Origin: a bacterium
GTDB taxonomy: Bacteria > Bacteroidota > Bacteroidia > Bacteroidales > FEN-979
Assembly: GCA_037131065.1 (NCBI GenBank)
Contig: JBAXRT010000001.1
Span: forward strand, 391-64,390
Reading direction: 5' to 3'
DNA: 64,000 nucleotides
Below the pieces are notes generated by a model. That model ran no database searches. It saw nothing but the letters and a program-made list of their open reading frames with translations, and was not told where the DNA came from. Within the stretch, counting starts at the first letter, position 1. Every line of letters starts with the position of its first letter. A program made the position numbers and the translations under genes. Positions 44,734-54,382 of this stretch are shown here, piece after piece.

Positions 44734-45939
44734 ATGGAAAAGAAATTCGATCCCGCAGGCAGGATATTCGATCTGCTTCAGTTCGGGGAATTTGGAGATG
44801 TGAACCCCTCGATCACCGACTCTGCTACCTACACATTCATGCAGGCAACCACCATGTCGGAGACCTTCGCCGGGCTCCAGGAGGGTTGCTATCTATACTC
44901 ACGCCACTGGAACCCCAGCAACAAATACCTGGCCGATGCCCTTGCTGCCCTCGAAGGCACCGAATCTGCCTGGGTTACCTCTTCGGGGATGGCTGCCATC
45001 ACCAGCACCATATTTCAGCTGGTGAATTCAGGCGATCATATTGTCTGCAGCCTCACTACATACGGCGGCACCTTTGCCTTCCTCTACAATTACATAAAAA
45101 AGTTCAACATCGGGGTGACTTTTACCGATATAACAAAACTTGACGAGGTTAAGAAAGCCATCCTCCCGAATACGAAGATCATTTACACGGAGACCATGAC
45201 CAACCCTCTCCTCCAGATCTCCGACATCCCGGCACTTGCCAGGATCGCTGATGAACATGGCATCAAACTGGTTGTGGATAATACCTTTACACCCATGATC
45301 GTGGCTCCTGCCCTTCACGGTGCACACATTGTCGTACACAGCATGACCAAGTTCATCAACGGGAAGAACGATTGCGTTGCAGGCGCCATCTGCGGTTCCC
45401 ACGATTTTATCAATGCCCTGTGCGACGTGAACAACGGCACTGCCATGCTCCTTGGCCCCGCACTGGAACCTTTCCGGTCTTCCAGTATCCTGAAAAACAT
45501 TCATACCCTGCATATCCGGATGAAACAGCACAGCAAAAATGCCATGTTCCTTGCCGGAAAGTTCAAAGAAACCGGTTTGAAGATTATTTACCCGGGACTG
45601 GCGGATCACCCCGGCCATGAGACCCTGAAAAAAATAATGAACCATGAATTCGGCTTCGGCGGAATGATCGCGATTGATCTTGGTACTTCAGAACGGGCCT
45701 CACGATTCATGGAGAAGATGGAGATGGAAGGGGTTGGCTACCTGGCCGTCAGCCTGGGATATTTCAAAACCCTCTTCAGTAATTCCGGCAAAAGCACCTC
45801 CTCCGAAGTCCCCGAAGAGATCCAGCGTGAAATGGGCCTCTCTGAAGGACTCATCCGTTTTTCCGTCGGTCTCGATAACAACATCGAGAGAAGCTGGGAA
45901 AAAATCAGGATCTCCCTGGATGCCATAAATAAAGCATAA
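44734..45939 (+). CDS. Second Cys/Met-metabolism PLP-dependent enzyme (gamma-lyase / gamma-synthase-like)
   Basis: Start trimmed to MEKKFDPAGRIF. PLP-lysine context HIVVHSMTKFINGKND, C-terminal LIRFSVGLDN. Confidence 0.75.
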   Translation: MEKKFDPAGRIFDLLQFGEFGDVNPSITDSATYTFMQATTMSETFAGLQEGCYLYSRHWNPSNKYLADALAALEGTESAWVTSSGMAAITSTIFQLVNSGDHIVCSLTTYGGTFAFLYNYIKKFNIGVTFTDITKLDEVKKAILPNTKIIYTETMTNPLLQISDIPALARIADEHGIKLVVDNTFTPMIVAPALHGAHIVVHSMTKFINGKNDCVAGAICGSHDFINALCDVNNGTAMLLGPALEPFRSSSILKNIHTLHIRMKQHSKNAMFLAGKFKETGLKIIYPGLADHPGHETLKKIMNHEFGFGGMIAIDLGTSERASRFMEKMEMEGVGYLAVSLGYFKTLFSNSGKSTSSEVPEEIQREMGLSEGLIRFSVGLDNNIERSWEKIRISLDAINKA

Positions 45940-45942
45940 ACA

Positions 45943-46887
45943 ATGTCACCCATTGATCCCCAGGCAAAAGCCTTGCTGACAGCCATGCTTGCAGCGGCCA
46001 ATCCACCGCTCAGTGAGATGATCGTAGGCCAAGCAAGAACCCTGATAGAGGGAGCAGCCGAGCAGCTGGATCCCCCGGTGCAAAAAGTCGGATCCATAAA
46101 TGATTTGGTCATTCCTGGGCCAGGCGGGGAATTACCGTTGCGTATTTACACCCCACCCGGACAAGGACCTTTCCCTGTTATCCTCTTTATACATGGAGGC
46201 GGTTGGGTACTATACAGGCCGAAACATTATGATTCGCAGTGTACTTATTTGTGTGCAGGGACCTCCTCTGTCGTGATCTCTGTTGATTACCGGCGCAGCC
46301 CTGAAACAAAATTTCCCGGACCACTGGACGACTGCCTTGCGGCATTGAACTGGACTCATGAACATGGAGCTGAGATCGGCGGGGATCCTTCTAAAATAAT
46401 TATCTGCGGCGATAGTGCAGGGGGTAATCTTGCTGCCGGCCTGGCCCTGAAAAATAGAGATGATAAAGGACCTGTGCCCCTGGCCCAGGTCCTGATCTAT
46501 CCGGTTGTGGCCTGGTATGAACCTCCTACGGGTTCATTCTCTGAATTTGCAGATGGTTATTCACTCACCAGGGACGCTTTGGTGTGGTTCTGGGATCAAT
46601 ACCTGGTTAGCAAGGACCAGGCATTCAATCCTTATGTCATACCCATGAATGCTGAGAGGCTGGAGGCCCTGCCTGAGGCACTCATCATCGTTGCAGGCTA
46701 TGATCCTCTGCGTGACGAAGCGATCGCTTATGGTGAAAAACTGCGCAATGCAGGTGTTCCTGTGACCCTCACCAATTATGAAGGGATGATTCACGGATTT
46801 CTCTCCTTTCCCGGGATCCTTGATGATGGAAAAAAAGCCATTGAACAGATCTGTCAATGGCTTAATAGGAAATTGGAAAAGGCGTAA
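45943..46887 (+). CDS. Alpha/beta hydrolase, hormone-sensitive-lipase-type esterase
   Basis: Oxyanion HGGGW, nucleophile elbow GDSAGGN, C-terminal DPLRDE…IHGF. Confidence 0.8.
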   Translation: MSPIDPQAKALLTAMLAAANPPLSEMIVGQARTLIEGAAEQLDPPVQKVGSINDLVIPGPGGELPLRIYTPPGQGPFPVILFIHGGGWVLYRPKHYDSQCTYLCAGTSSVVISVDYRRSPETKFPGPLDDCLAALNWTHEHGAEIGGDPSKIIICGDSAGGNLAAGLALKNRDDKGPVPLAQVLIYPVVAWYEPPTGSFSEFADGYSLTRDALVWFWDQYLVSKDQAFNPYVIPMNAERLEALPEALIIVAGYDPLRDEAIAYGEKLRNAGVPVTLTNYEGMIHGFLSFPGILDDGKKAIEQICQWLNRKLEKA

Positions 46888-46898
46888 GCCTGTCCCCT

Positions 46899-49787
46899 TT
46901 ATTTTCCTTTCTCATACGCCTCAACCGGCGCACAGGTACACATCAGGTTCCGGTCGCCAAAGGCATCATCGATACGGGTCACCGTGGGCCAGTATTTGTC
47001 ATCATAAAGTGACTTGACGGGGAATGCTGCCCGCTCCCTGGAGTAGGGGAGTGTCCAGTTATCCGACGAAACCATCTGGGCTGTATGAGGCGCCTTCATG
47101 ATCAGGTTGACGGCTTTGTCGGCTTTGCCGGTCGCAATCTCATCAATCTCTCCTTTTATCGAAACCATCGCTTCAATGAAACGGTTGAGCTCGAAGAAAG
47201 GCTCACTCTCTGTCGGTTCTACCATCAACGTTCCGTGAACGGGGAACGCTACAGTCGGGGCATGGAAACCATAATCCATCAGCCTTTTTGCAATATCGAT
47301 GGCCCCGATACCAGTCTGCTTGCTGATCCCGTTGCAGTCGACGATCATCTCATGGGCACAGCGGCCGTTCTTTCCGCTGTATAGGATCGGGTAATAGGGT
47401 TCAAGACAGGATTTCAGGTAGTTTGCATTCAGGATGGCCATCTTCGTGGCTTCCGTCAGCCCTTTTCCTCCCATCAGTTTGATATAGGCATAGGAGATGG
47501 TCAGGATGAGGGCACTTCCGTAAGGACCAGAGGCAACTGCCGTAGTTGCGTTGGTTCCCCTGTTCTCTTCAAAGATATGTTTCGGAAGAAAAGGAGTCAG
47601 GTGTTTTGCAACTGCGATCGGACCCTCTCCGGGACCACCGCCGCCGTGAGGAATGGCAAAGGTCTTGTGCAGATTCAGGTGGCATACATCGGCTCCGATG
47701 ATTCCGGGATTGGTCAGGCCGACCTGGGCATTCATATTGGCGCCGTCCATGTAAACCTGTCCGCCGTTGTCGTGAATGATCTTTACGATCTCAAGGATAT
47801 CTTCTTCGAAAACGCCGTGTGTTGACGGATAGGTGACCATCAGTGCCGACAGGTTCTCTTTGTGCTGGATTGCTCTGTCCTTTAGATCCTGTACATCGAT
47901 GTTGCCCCGGTCGTCGCATTTTACCACCACCACATCAAGCCCGGCCATGACTGCACTGGCAGGATTGGTTCCATGGGCAGAGGAGGGGATCAGGCAGATG
48001 TTGCGGTGTCCCTGGCCCTTCGACATCTGGTATTTGCGGATCACGATCAGTCCGGCGTACTCTCCGGCAGCGCCCGAATTGGGCATGAACGAAACCGCAT
48101 CAAACCCGGTGATCCCGGCAAGATCTTTCGCGAGGTTTTCGATAAGGATCTGGTACCCTTCTGCCTGGTCCTTCGGGACAAAGGGATGGATCGCTCCGAA
48201 TTCAGGATAACTGAGGGCGAAAAGCTCCGATGCAGCGTTCAGTTTCATTGTGCATGACCCGAGCGGGATCATGGAACGGTTCAGTGAGAGGTCCTTGTTC
48301 TCCAGTTTTTTGATATACCGCATCATCTCTGTCTCCGAATGATAACTGTTGAAGACAGGATGCTTCAGGAATTCTGATTTCCTCTGGAGGGCTTCGGGAA
48401 TCGTAGTGATCTTTTCGCATTCTTTCGGATCACATACAAATTCGGTGAACGGCTTTCCGGCTGCCTTCGAAAATATGGAAAGGATAATATTGATGTCATT
48501 AAGTTCAGTGGTCTCATCAATGCTGATCCCGATCTGCCCCGGTTCGAAGTAGCGCAGGTTCATCCTGCTCTCGAGTGCTGCTGCACGGATGGCATTCGGG
48601 CTGACCTCGTTGGGTAACAGAATATATAATGTGTCGAAGAAATATTTGTTTGACTGTATATAGCCAAGTTTCTGGATTTCATGCGACAACACTCCCGTAA
48701 GAATGTTGATGTGACGGGCGATCTGTTTGATCCCTTTCGGCCCGTGATAAACAGCATACATCCCTGCCATTACTGCCAGGAGTACTTGGGAGGTACAGAT
48801 GTTTGATGTTGCCTTTTCACGCTTGATATGCTGCTCACGGGTCTGGAGGGCCATCCGGAGCGCACGGTTCCCGTTGGCATCCACGGAGATACCGATGATC
48901 CTTCCGGGGATCTGCCGTTTGAACTCCTCTTTCGTTGCAAAAAAAGCAGCATGCGGTCCGCCGTAGCCCATGGGTATTCCAAACCTTTGCGAGGATCCGC
49001 ATACAACATCTGCTCCCCACTCACCCGGAGGGGCAAGCATCACGAGGCTCATGATATCTGCCACTACTGCTACGGGAACGCCATGCTGGTGCGAGGTTGT
49101 GACAAATGACCGATAATCGTTTATACTTCCGAACTGGTCGGGATACTGTATCAATGCTCCGAAAAGTTTATCGGAGAATTGAATGGTTTCCGGTTTTCCA
49201 AAGATAAGTTCAATGCCAAGAAAATAAGCCCTGGTCTTCACAACATCTATGGTCTGGGGAAAGAGGTTCTCCGCCACGAAGAACTGGTTGGCTCCGCGTT
49301 TTACTGCATCCCGCGAACGGGCATTGTGCAGGAGTATCATGGCCTCAGCCGCTGCCGTACCCTCATCAAGGAGGGAGGCATTGGCAATGGGTAAACCGGT
49401 AAGGTCGGAAATGAGGGTCTGGAAATTCAGCAGGGCTTCAAGCCGTCCCTGAGAGATCTCTGCCTGGTAAGGTGTATATGCCGTGTACCATCCTGGATTT
49501 TCGAGAATATTCCTAAGGATAACCCCTGGTGTGATTGTATTGTAATAGCCGAGGCCGATAAAGCTCTTATACAGTTTGTTCCTGCATGCCAGCGATTTGA
49601 TGTGCTGGAGATACTGGTACTCATTCATTCCGGCAGGCAGGTTCAGCTCGCCTTTCATCCGGATAGAAGGAGGGACGGTCTGATCGATCAGCTGATCCAG
49701 TGTTTTAACGCCGGTCTTTTCAAGCATCTTGTCAATCTCATCGCCAAACGGTCCGTTGTGTCGCCTGGCAAAATTGTTGGTAATCAT
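46899..49787 (-). CDS. gcvP: Glycine dehydrogenase (decarboxylating), single-chain P protein
   Basis: Start trimmed to MITNNFARRHNGP. PLP-lysine region NLHKTFAIPHGGGGPG. Confidence 0.95.
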   Translation of the reverse strand: MITNNFARRHNGPFGDEIDKMLEKTGVKTLDQLIDQTVPPSIRMKGELNLPAGMNEYQYLQHIKSLACRNKLYKSFIGLGYYNTITPGVILRNILENPGWYTAYTPYQAEISQGRLEALLNFQTLISDLTGLPIANASLLDEGTAAAEAMILLHNARSRDAVKRGANQFFVAENLFPQTIDVVKTRAYFLGIELIFGKPETIQFSDKLFGALIQYPDQFGSINDYRSFVTTSHQHGVPVAVVADIMSLVMLAPPGEWGADVVCGSSQRFGIPMGYGGPHAAFFATKEEFKRQIPGRIIGISVDANGNRALRMALQTREQHIKREKATSNICTSQVLLAVMAGMYAVYHGPKGIKQIARHINILTGVLSHEIQKLGYIQSNKYFFDTLYILLPNEVSPNAIRAAALESRMNLRYFEPGQIGISIDETTELNDINIILSIFSKAAGKPFTEFVCDPKECEKITTIPEALQRKSEFLKHPVFNSYHSETEMMRYIKKLENKDLSLNRSMIPLGSCTMKLNAASELFALSYPEFGAIHPFVPKDQAEGYQILIENLAKDLAGITGFDAVSFMPNSGAAGEYAGLIVIRKYQMSKGQGHRNICLIPSSAHGTNPASAVMAGLDVVVVKCDDRGNIDVQDLKDRAIQHKENLSALMVTYPSTHGVFEEDILEIVKIIHDNGGQVYMDGANMNAQVGLTNPGIIGADVCHLNLHKTFAIPHGGGGPGEGPIAVAKHLTPFLPKHIFEENRGTNATTAVASGPYGSALILTISYAYIKLMGGKGLTEATKMAILNANYLKSCLEPYYPILYSGKNGRCAHEMIVDCNGISKQTGIGAIDIAKRLMDYGFHAPTVAFPVHGTLMVEPTESEPFFELNRFIEAMVSIKGEIDEIATGKADKAVNLIMKAPHTAQMVSSDNWTLPYSRERAAFPVKSLYDDKYWPTVTRIDDAFGDRNLMCTCAPVEAYEKGK

Positions 49788-49826
49788 AGGAGTTTTGGTT
49801 TTGGTGAGGAAAGGTTTATAGCGGTG

Positions 49827-49834
49827 CAAAAGTA
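49827..49834 (-). promoter_or_regulatory. -7 box TACTTTTG (reverse strand) for gcvP
   Basis: TAnnTTTG match, 39 nt upstream of the ATG at 49787. It lies inside the N-terminal extension of the track ORF, which supports the trimmed start. Confidence 0.5.
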
Positions 49835-49855
49835 CCAAGTTTGACCAAATTAAAC

Positions 49856-49889
49856 AAAAAAAGCTGCCTTCGTTTGAAGACAGCTTTTT
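49856..49889 (-). terminator. Rho-independent terminator after the PKD/T9SS gene
   Basis: On the reverse strand, stem AGCTGTCTTC / GAAGGCAGCT (one G-U pair), a 4-nt loop, then seven U residues. Confidence 0.65.
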
Positions 49890-49912
49890 CAGGGTTCAGT
49901 AAACAGGAATTA

Positions 49913-52210
49913 TCACAGTTTAATAAGCTTTTGAGTTATTTTCAGCCCCTCCGATGAGCGGATCACGAGGGTGTAAATACCTGAGGGTAGCTGGCTCACG
50001 GGAATCCCGATAAGGTTGTTGCCTGATTCCAGATCCCTGTTAAAAGCAAGTACCCTTCTTCCCATCAGGTCATAAACCTCCACGGAGATAGTGCCTGCCT
50101 TCTCTGCCTTTACCGAAACTGAAGTATGATCGGTCACAGGGTTTGGATAGAGTGAGCTTGCCGTTATTACCGGTTTTTCTTCGTTAATTCCAAGAAGTTT
50201 GTTGCCTGCAAAGGTCATGATGACTTCTGCAACAGGGTTCTCGCTTGAGATGACTACCTGAACGACATCGCTGGTAACCCCGGGAATCTCTGCCCTCAGC
50301 AGGTATATCCCGTAGCCAAGGGATGGGAATACAAATTCACCTTCCGATGATACCTTGTAATAGGCAATCGGCGACCCTTCAGCATCCATCAGGATCATGG
50401 TGATCTTATCGAGGAGGTCCGCTTTAACACTTCCCATGCTGATCTGGCCGGTGATGGCTCCGTTGCCGTTTGCTGAAGAATCGGCAGCAATCAGGTGGAT
50501 GTCGTATGGATTGGATTCCTGTCCGAGTATGATCAGCGTGGCATTCTGCCATTCAAGTACGTCGCCATAGTAGGTTGGAAGATAACCAGATGGATTAAAG
50601 GGAAGTACATAAACATAGTAGTTTCCGTCGGGTACCATCGAAAAATAGTAGAGTCCCATGGAATCGATCGGGCAGGTGGCAATATAGGGTGAATAGTTCT
50701 GGTTTGAGTCAAGGGAAAAGATCATCGCAATACCCGTCTGAAGCGGGAATGTTCCTGTATATACCTGGCCGTAAACCTGGTGGAATTGTGCACTGTCACC
50801 TACCTGGATGGTCTGGCTGCTTGTGTAGGTGCAATTCATTGAATCGGCGGTAACGGTTGTCAGGGTTACGTAGTAGATCCCCTGGTTCTGGTAAGTATGA
50901 GTGACGGATGATCCGCTTGCACTATTTCCGTCACCGAAATTCCAGGTATAATCGGCTGGCTGCTGGCTCACCAGATATCCGTTAAAAGATACCTGGAGGT
51001 CGTACTGCTGATAGGTAAAGTAATTGGTACACCCGGGCGTGTTACCTACAACGACCGTCTGGCACCATGTACTCTGAATTCCCTGGCACTGGATCGTCAG
51101 GCAAACATAATAATTTCCGGGTCCCGGGAAGGCATGTACCGGGTTCTGTTCATAGGAGTAGGTACTGTCGCTGAAATACCACTGCCAGCTTACCGGGTTT
51201 CCGAGTGAAAGGTCCATAAACTGAACTAGATAATCAGCAGCCGGCACGGAATCCTGGTAATAGGTGAACTGGGCCTGGCATCCTGACCCGCCACCGACAA
51301 ACAACGTATCACAGAAGGTATCATAACAGATGGAATCGGCTCCCTGGATAGTCAGACAGGCCACATAGATCCCGGCCTGGGCGTAGGTATGAACAATGTT
51401 CGGATTGTTTGGGAATGAGATCACCACTGGAGCGGAGCCATCACCGAAATTCCAGGTCCAGGTGGTCGGGTTACCCTGGGATTGGTCGACAAACTGGTAA
51501 GTTAAATTGGATGAACTGTCGGCATAGGGATAAAAATAGGCCTGGCACTCGGTAGATCCCTGAGCTACAAAGACACTGTCGCTCCCATATGCTGCTCCAA
51601 CGGAATTGGTACCGACTATCCTGTAATGATAGAGCGCGCCAGGTTGAAGATTGCTAATGGTTCCGGTTACAGGATAAATACTGTCTCCGTTGAAATACCC
51701 GCAGGAGAGATAGGTGCCATAAGAGGTAGTGGTTCCATACTCAAAGGTCACATAGGTTTGCGAACCATTGGGATCGACAAAACCGTGCAGTACTGCTGTG
51801 GTAATTGTAATGTCACTGGCCGTGCCGGTGGTCACCGTTGGAAGGTTTGGATTCTGGTTGACACAGATATAAAAATTATGATAGATGACGGTCATTCCGC
51901 TCACAAACAAAGTGTCGAAACTGTGGAGATTATAGTTGCAGTCATAAGTTGAAAGAATCAGTTGCCATTGATTAATGCCTGCGGGTATTAAAATTGTATC
52001 GGCGTAGTTGCCATTGACATCGGAATAAACCGTTTTGAAATAGGGAAAATTATTCCCGTTCACTGAATCAGACTGGATATAGACCGCATGGTTTGTAACC
52101 GGATTGGAGGTCCCGGCCTCATAAACAACTCCTGAGATGTACAGTGGGCTCTGGCTGAAGGCAGGAAGGAAGAGGGCCCAGAAAAATAAAAATGTCATCG
52201 TTTTTTTCAT
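49913..52210 (-). CDS. Secreted multi-domain protein with PKD repeats and a T9SS C-terminal sorting domain
   Basis: Signal peptide. PKD-type WxFGDG segments (WTWNFGDGSAP, WQWYFSDSTYS, YTWNFGDGNSA). C-terminus LYPNPVTDHTSVSV…GIYTLVI…KLIKL. Confidence 0.8.
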   Translation of the reverse strand: MKKTMTFLFFWALFLPAFSQSPLYISGVVYEAGTSNPVTNHAVYIQSDSVNGNNFPYFKTVYSDVNGNYADTILIPAGINQWQLILSTYDCNYNLHSFDTLFVSGMTVIYHNFYICVNQNPNLPTVTTGTASDITITTAVLHGFVDPNGSQTYVTFEYGTTTSYGTYLSCGYFNGDSIYPVTGTISNLQPGALYHYRIVGTNSVGAAYGSDSVFVAQGSTECQAYFYPYADSSSNLTYQFVDQSQGNPTTWTWNFGDGSAPVVISFPNNPNIVHTYAQAGIYVACLTIQGADSICYDTFCDTLFVGGGSGCQAQFTYYQDSVPAADYLVQFMDLSLGNPVSWQWYFSDSTYSYEQNPVHAFPGPGNYYVCLTIQCQGIQSTWCQTVVVGNTPGCTNYFTYQQYDLQVSFNGYLVSQQPADYTWNFGDGNSASGSSVTHTYQNQGIYYVTLTTVTADSMNCTYTSSQTIQVGDSAQFHQVYGQVYTGTFPLQTGIAMIFSLDSNQNYSPYIATCPIDSMGLYYFSMVPDGNYYVYVLPFNPSGYLPTYYGDVLEWQNATLIILGQESNPYDIHLIAADSSANGNGAITGQISMGSVKADLLDKITMILMDAEGSPIAYYKVSSEGEFVFPSLGYGIYLLRAEIPGVTSDVVQVVISSENPVAEVIMTFAGNKLLGINEEKPVITASSLYPNPVTDHTSVSVKAEKAGTISVEVYDLMGRRVLAFNRDLESGNNLIGIPVSQLPSGIYTLVIRSSEGLKITQKLIKL

Positions 52211-52315
52211 AAATCAAAAGTATTTGGAAAAAGTGAGCTTATTGATGTTGTCTTGTATTTGCAATGAACGTTCTATCTGGTAAACACAAAAAACCCGATG
52301 GGTTGCCTGGCTATT

Positions 52316-53677
52316 TTATTTTTCGAATGAAATAAAAAATGCAGCCCTTAATCCGACCGACCAGGGTTTCCCTGTGCCGGAAGTGGTTTCATGCACTGAA
52401 TTAAAGTAATATTTGGCAAATGGTTCTACCTCTATCCCAACTCTTCTCGAAAACCGGAATGTGGCATTCAGGCCGACCATGATCTGCCAGTTAAGGCTCA
52501 CCTGTTCCGGTGTGATTTCATTTATGCTTATGATCTTCTTTTTACCCGGATCATAAGGATCGGATAAGGTTTTTTCTTTGAGGAGGATCGACATGATCGG
52601 TCCTGCTCGAAGTCCGAACGACATCTTTTCCTTAATGATAAAATCATACCCGAAGACAATCGGGATCTGTAAATAGGTATATCGCTTAACGATCTTCGAG
52701 TCATCCAGTTTCATAAGACTGTCATACACATCTTTATTCGTCAGGTAATAAGTGGGTACAATATAGTAGTGACTTTCATCCCAGGCGAAGGTCATCGAAT
52801 CCAGTTTCATGTAGCTGCCGAGATAATCATTGTATTCCACTGTCAGCTGGTTTGTGCCCTTCGATAATGATATTCCTGCCCCTGTCCTGAGCGAGTACCT
52901 CCCGAACCGGAACGTGCCTTCAACGCCGAAATTATTAACAAAGGTTGGCTCCTCAATGGTCCCGAACATCCATTCAGGAGAAAAACTGACGCCGGCGCCC
53001 AGGCGCCATTCGCTGTTCCCGGTCTGCTTTGGAGAGATTGGTAATGGAAGCTGTGAAGTGTCGGGCAATGCAGCGTTTTGTGATGGACTGATGATGGTGT
53101 CAGCTGTCTGGACGTCTTTCCCTGAAGATGCCGGATCAACCGGAGGACCGGACCGGGTCTCTTCCCCGATGATTGAAGAGACAGGGCTGGCAACAGGGAT
53201 GACCTGATTCAACTCCGGATTCTCTTCCTTCATGATGGGACCTCTTTCAGTTGAGACCGTGTTATCGTTGACAATCTCGGACTTTATTATGTGTTCCCTG
53301 GAATCCCTGCGAGCATTATGTATTGGTGCTGACTGCTCCGTTTCACTCAGGCTATAGGTTTCAGGGGCATTCTTTTCTCTGGTCTCTGTTGTCTGTTTTG
53401 TGTTGCTACTGATCTGGTTATTTTCATTGGGAGAAGAAATGGGTTTGCCGGTTTTCCCGGGTTCATGAATCCGGCTGAATAAAAGAAAGGCACCGGCCGA
53501 CATAAGAAGGACAACCAGCGATAAGGCCATGAGCCACCACCATCTGGATGGTGATCTCTTCAGAAATCCTTGCGTATCTTTCAAGAAGGACTCTTTTGCC
53601 CCCTTTGAGGGAGAGATCTGATAACCATTCAGCTCCTCCCTGAAAAATTCATCGATAGGGTGCCGTTCTTTTTTCAT
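52316..53677 (-). CDS. ECF-sigma-coupled membrane protein: short cytoplasmic N-terminus, one TM, long low-complexity linker, C-terminal porin-like beta-strand region
   Basis: Start trimmed to MKKERHPIDEFF; this ATG overlaps the sigma stop in an ATGA. TM WWWLMALSLVVLLMSAGAFLLF. S/T/P/N/E-rich linker. C-terminal alternating pattern ending GLRAAFFISFEK. Confidence 0.55.
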   Translation of the reverse strand: MKKERHPIDEFFREELNGYQISPSKGAKESFLKDTQGFLKRSPSRWWWLMALSLVVLLMSAGAFLLFSRIHEPGKTGKPISSPNENNQISSNTKQTTETREKNAPETYSLSETEQSAPIHNARRDSREHIIKSEIVNDNTVSTERGPIMKEENPELNQVIPVASPVSSIIGEETRSGPPVDPASSGKDVQTADTIISPSQNAALPDTSQLPLPISPKQTGNSEWRLGAGVSFSPEWMFGTIEEPTFVNNFGVEGTFRFGRYSLRTGAGISLSKGTNQLTVEYNDYLGSYMKLDSMTFAWDESHYYIVPTYYLTNKDVYDSLMKLDDSKIVKRYTYLQIPIVFGYDFIIKEKMSFGLRAGPIMSILLKEKTLSDPYDPGKKKIISINEITPEQVSLNWQIMVGLNATFRFSRRVGIEVEPFAKYYFNSVHETTSGTGKPWSVGLRAAFFISFEK

Positions 53678-54258
53678 CTCTGTTCGGTTATTTGAACCAC
53701 GATGTGGTTCAGTTGTTTTCTTAACATCGACCTGGCTTTCGACAACTGCGATTTGGAGGTGTTCTCGGTACAACCAAGGGTCTCTGATATCTCTTTGTGA
53801 CTGTATGACTCGAATACATAAAGGTTAAAAACGGTGCGGTATCCATGAGGCAGGTTACAGATCATCGACATCAGCTCCTCCTTGCTCACCTTCCCGCTGA
53901 TCTCGGTAAAAAACTGAGGATCTTCACCGGCATCATCTGGAAAGGCATCATTGCCTTGAGTGACGAAGCTGAAGAGGTTCTTCTCTTTGCTTTTATTCCT
54001 GAGATGGTTGAGCGCTGTATTCACCATGATGCGCTTCATCCATCCTTCAAACGAGCCGTTCTCACGAGGGGTGAAATTGCCGAGGTTTTGAAGTGCTTTG
54101 ATAAACCCGTCATGTAGCACATCCTCAGCATCTTCCAGGTTCCCGCAATACCTTTTACATAAACCAAGCAGGGTAGGGGCATACCGGTCGTACAACATTC
54201 CCGGCGACGAAATCCCGGCCATCTCGTTTTTATATCCTGGTTTTCTGAAAAGTGACAT
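53674..54258 (-). CDS. ECF-type RNA polymerase sigma-70 factor
   Basis: Region 2 (AEDVLHDGFIKAL) and region 4 (GYRTVFNLYVFESYSHKEISETLGCTENTSKSQLSKARSML). Confidence 0.85.
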   Translation of the reverse strand: MSLFRKPGYKNEMAGISSPGMLYDRYAPTLLGLCKRYCGNLEDAEDVLHDGFIKALQNLGNFTPRENGSFEGWMKRIMVNTALNHLRNKSKEKNLFSFVTQGNDAFPDDAGEDPQFFTEISGKVSKEELMSMICNLPHGYRTVFNLYVFESYSHKEISETLGCTENTSKSQLSKARSMLRKQLNHIVVQITEQR

Positions 54259-54324
54259 ACACGCTTCCTGTTATAATAAACACGGGAAAACCAAAAGGTT
54301 GCCCGGGTAAGAGAGGGTTTAAAG

Positions 54325-54359
54325 AAAAAAAAAGAGGCTGTGCGAAGAATACAGCCTCT
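54325..54359 (-). terminator. Rho-independent terminator after hppA
   Basis: On the reverse strand, a 9-bp perfect stem AGAGGCTGT / ACAGCCTCT, a 9-nt loop, then a run of eight U residues. Confidence 0.7.
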
Positions 54360-54382
54360 CTGTTGTGATGCCCCTGCGGGGA

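Noticed and set aside
52288-52304. Small hairpin AACCC-GAT-GGGTT with a flanking A/T run downstream of the sigma-partner gene
   Set aside because: The stem is only 5 bp, too weak to call a terminator with confidence.
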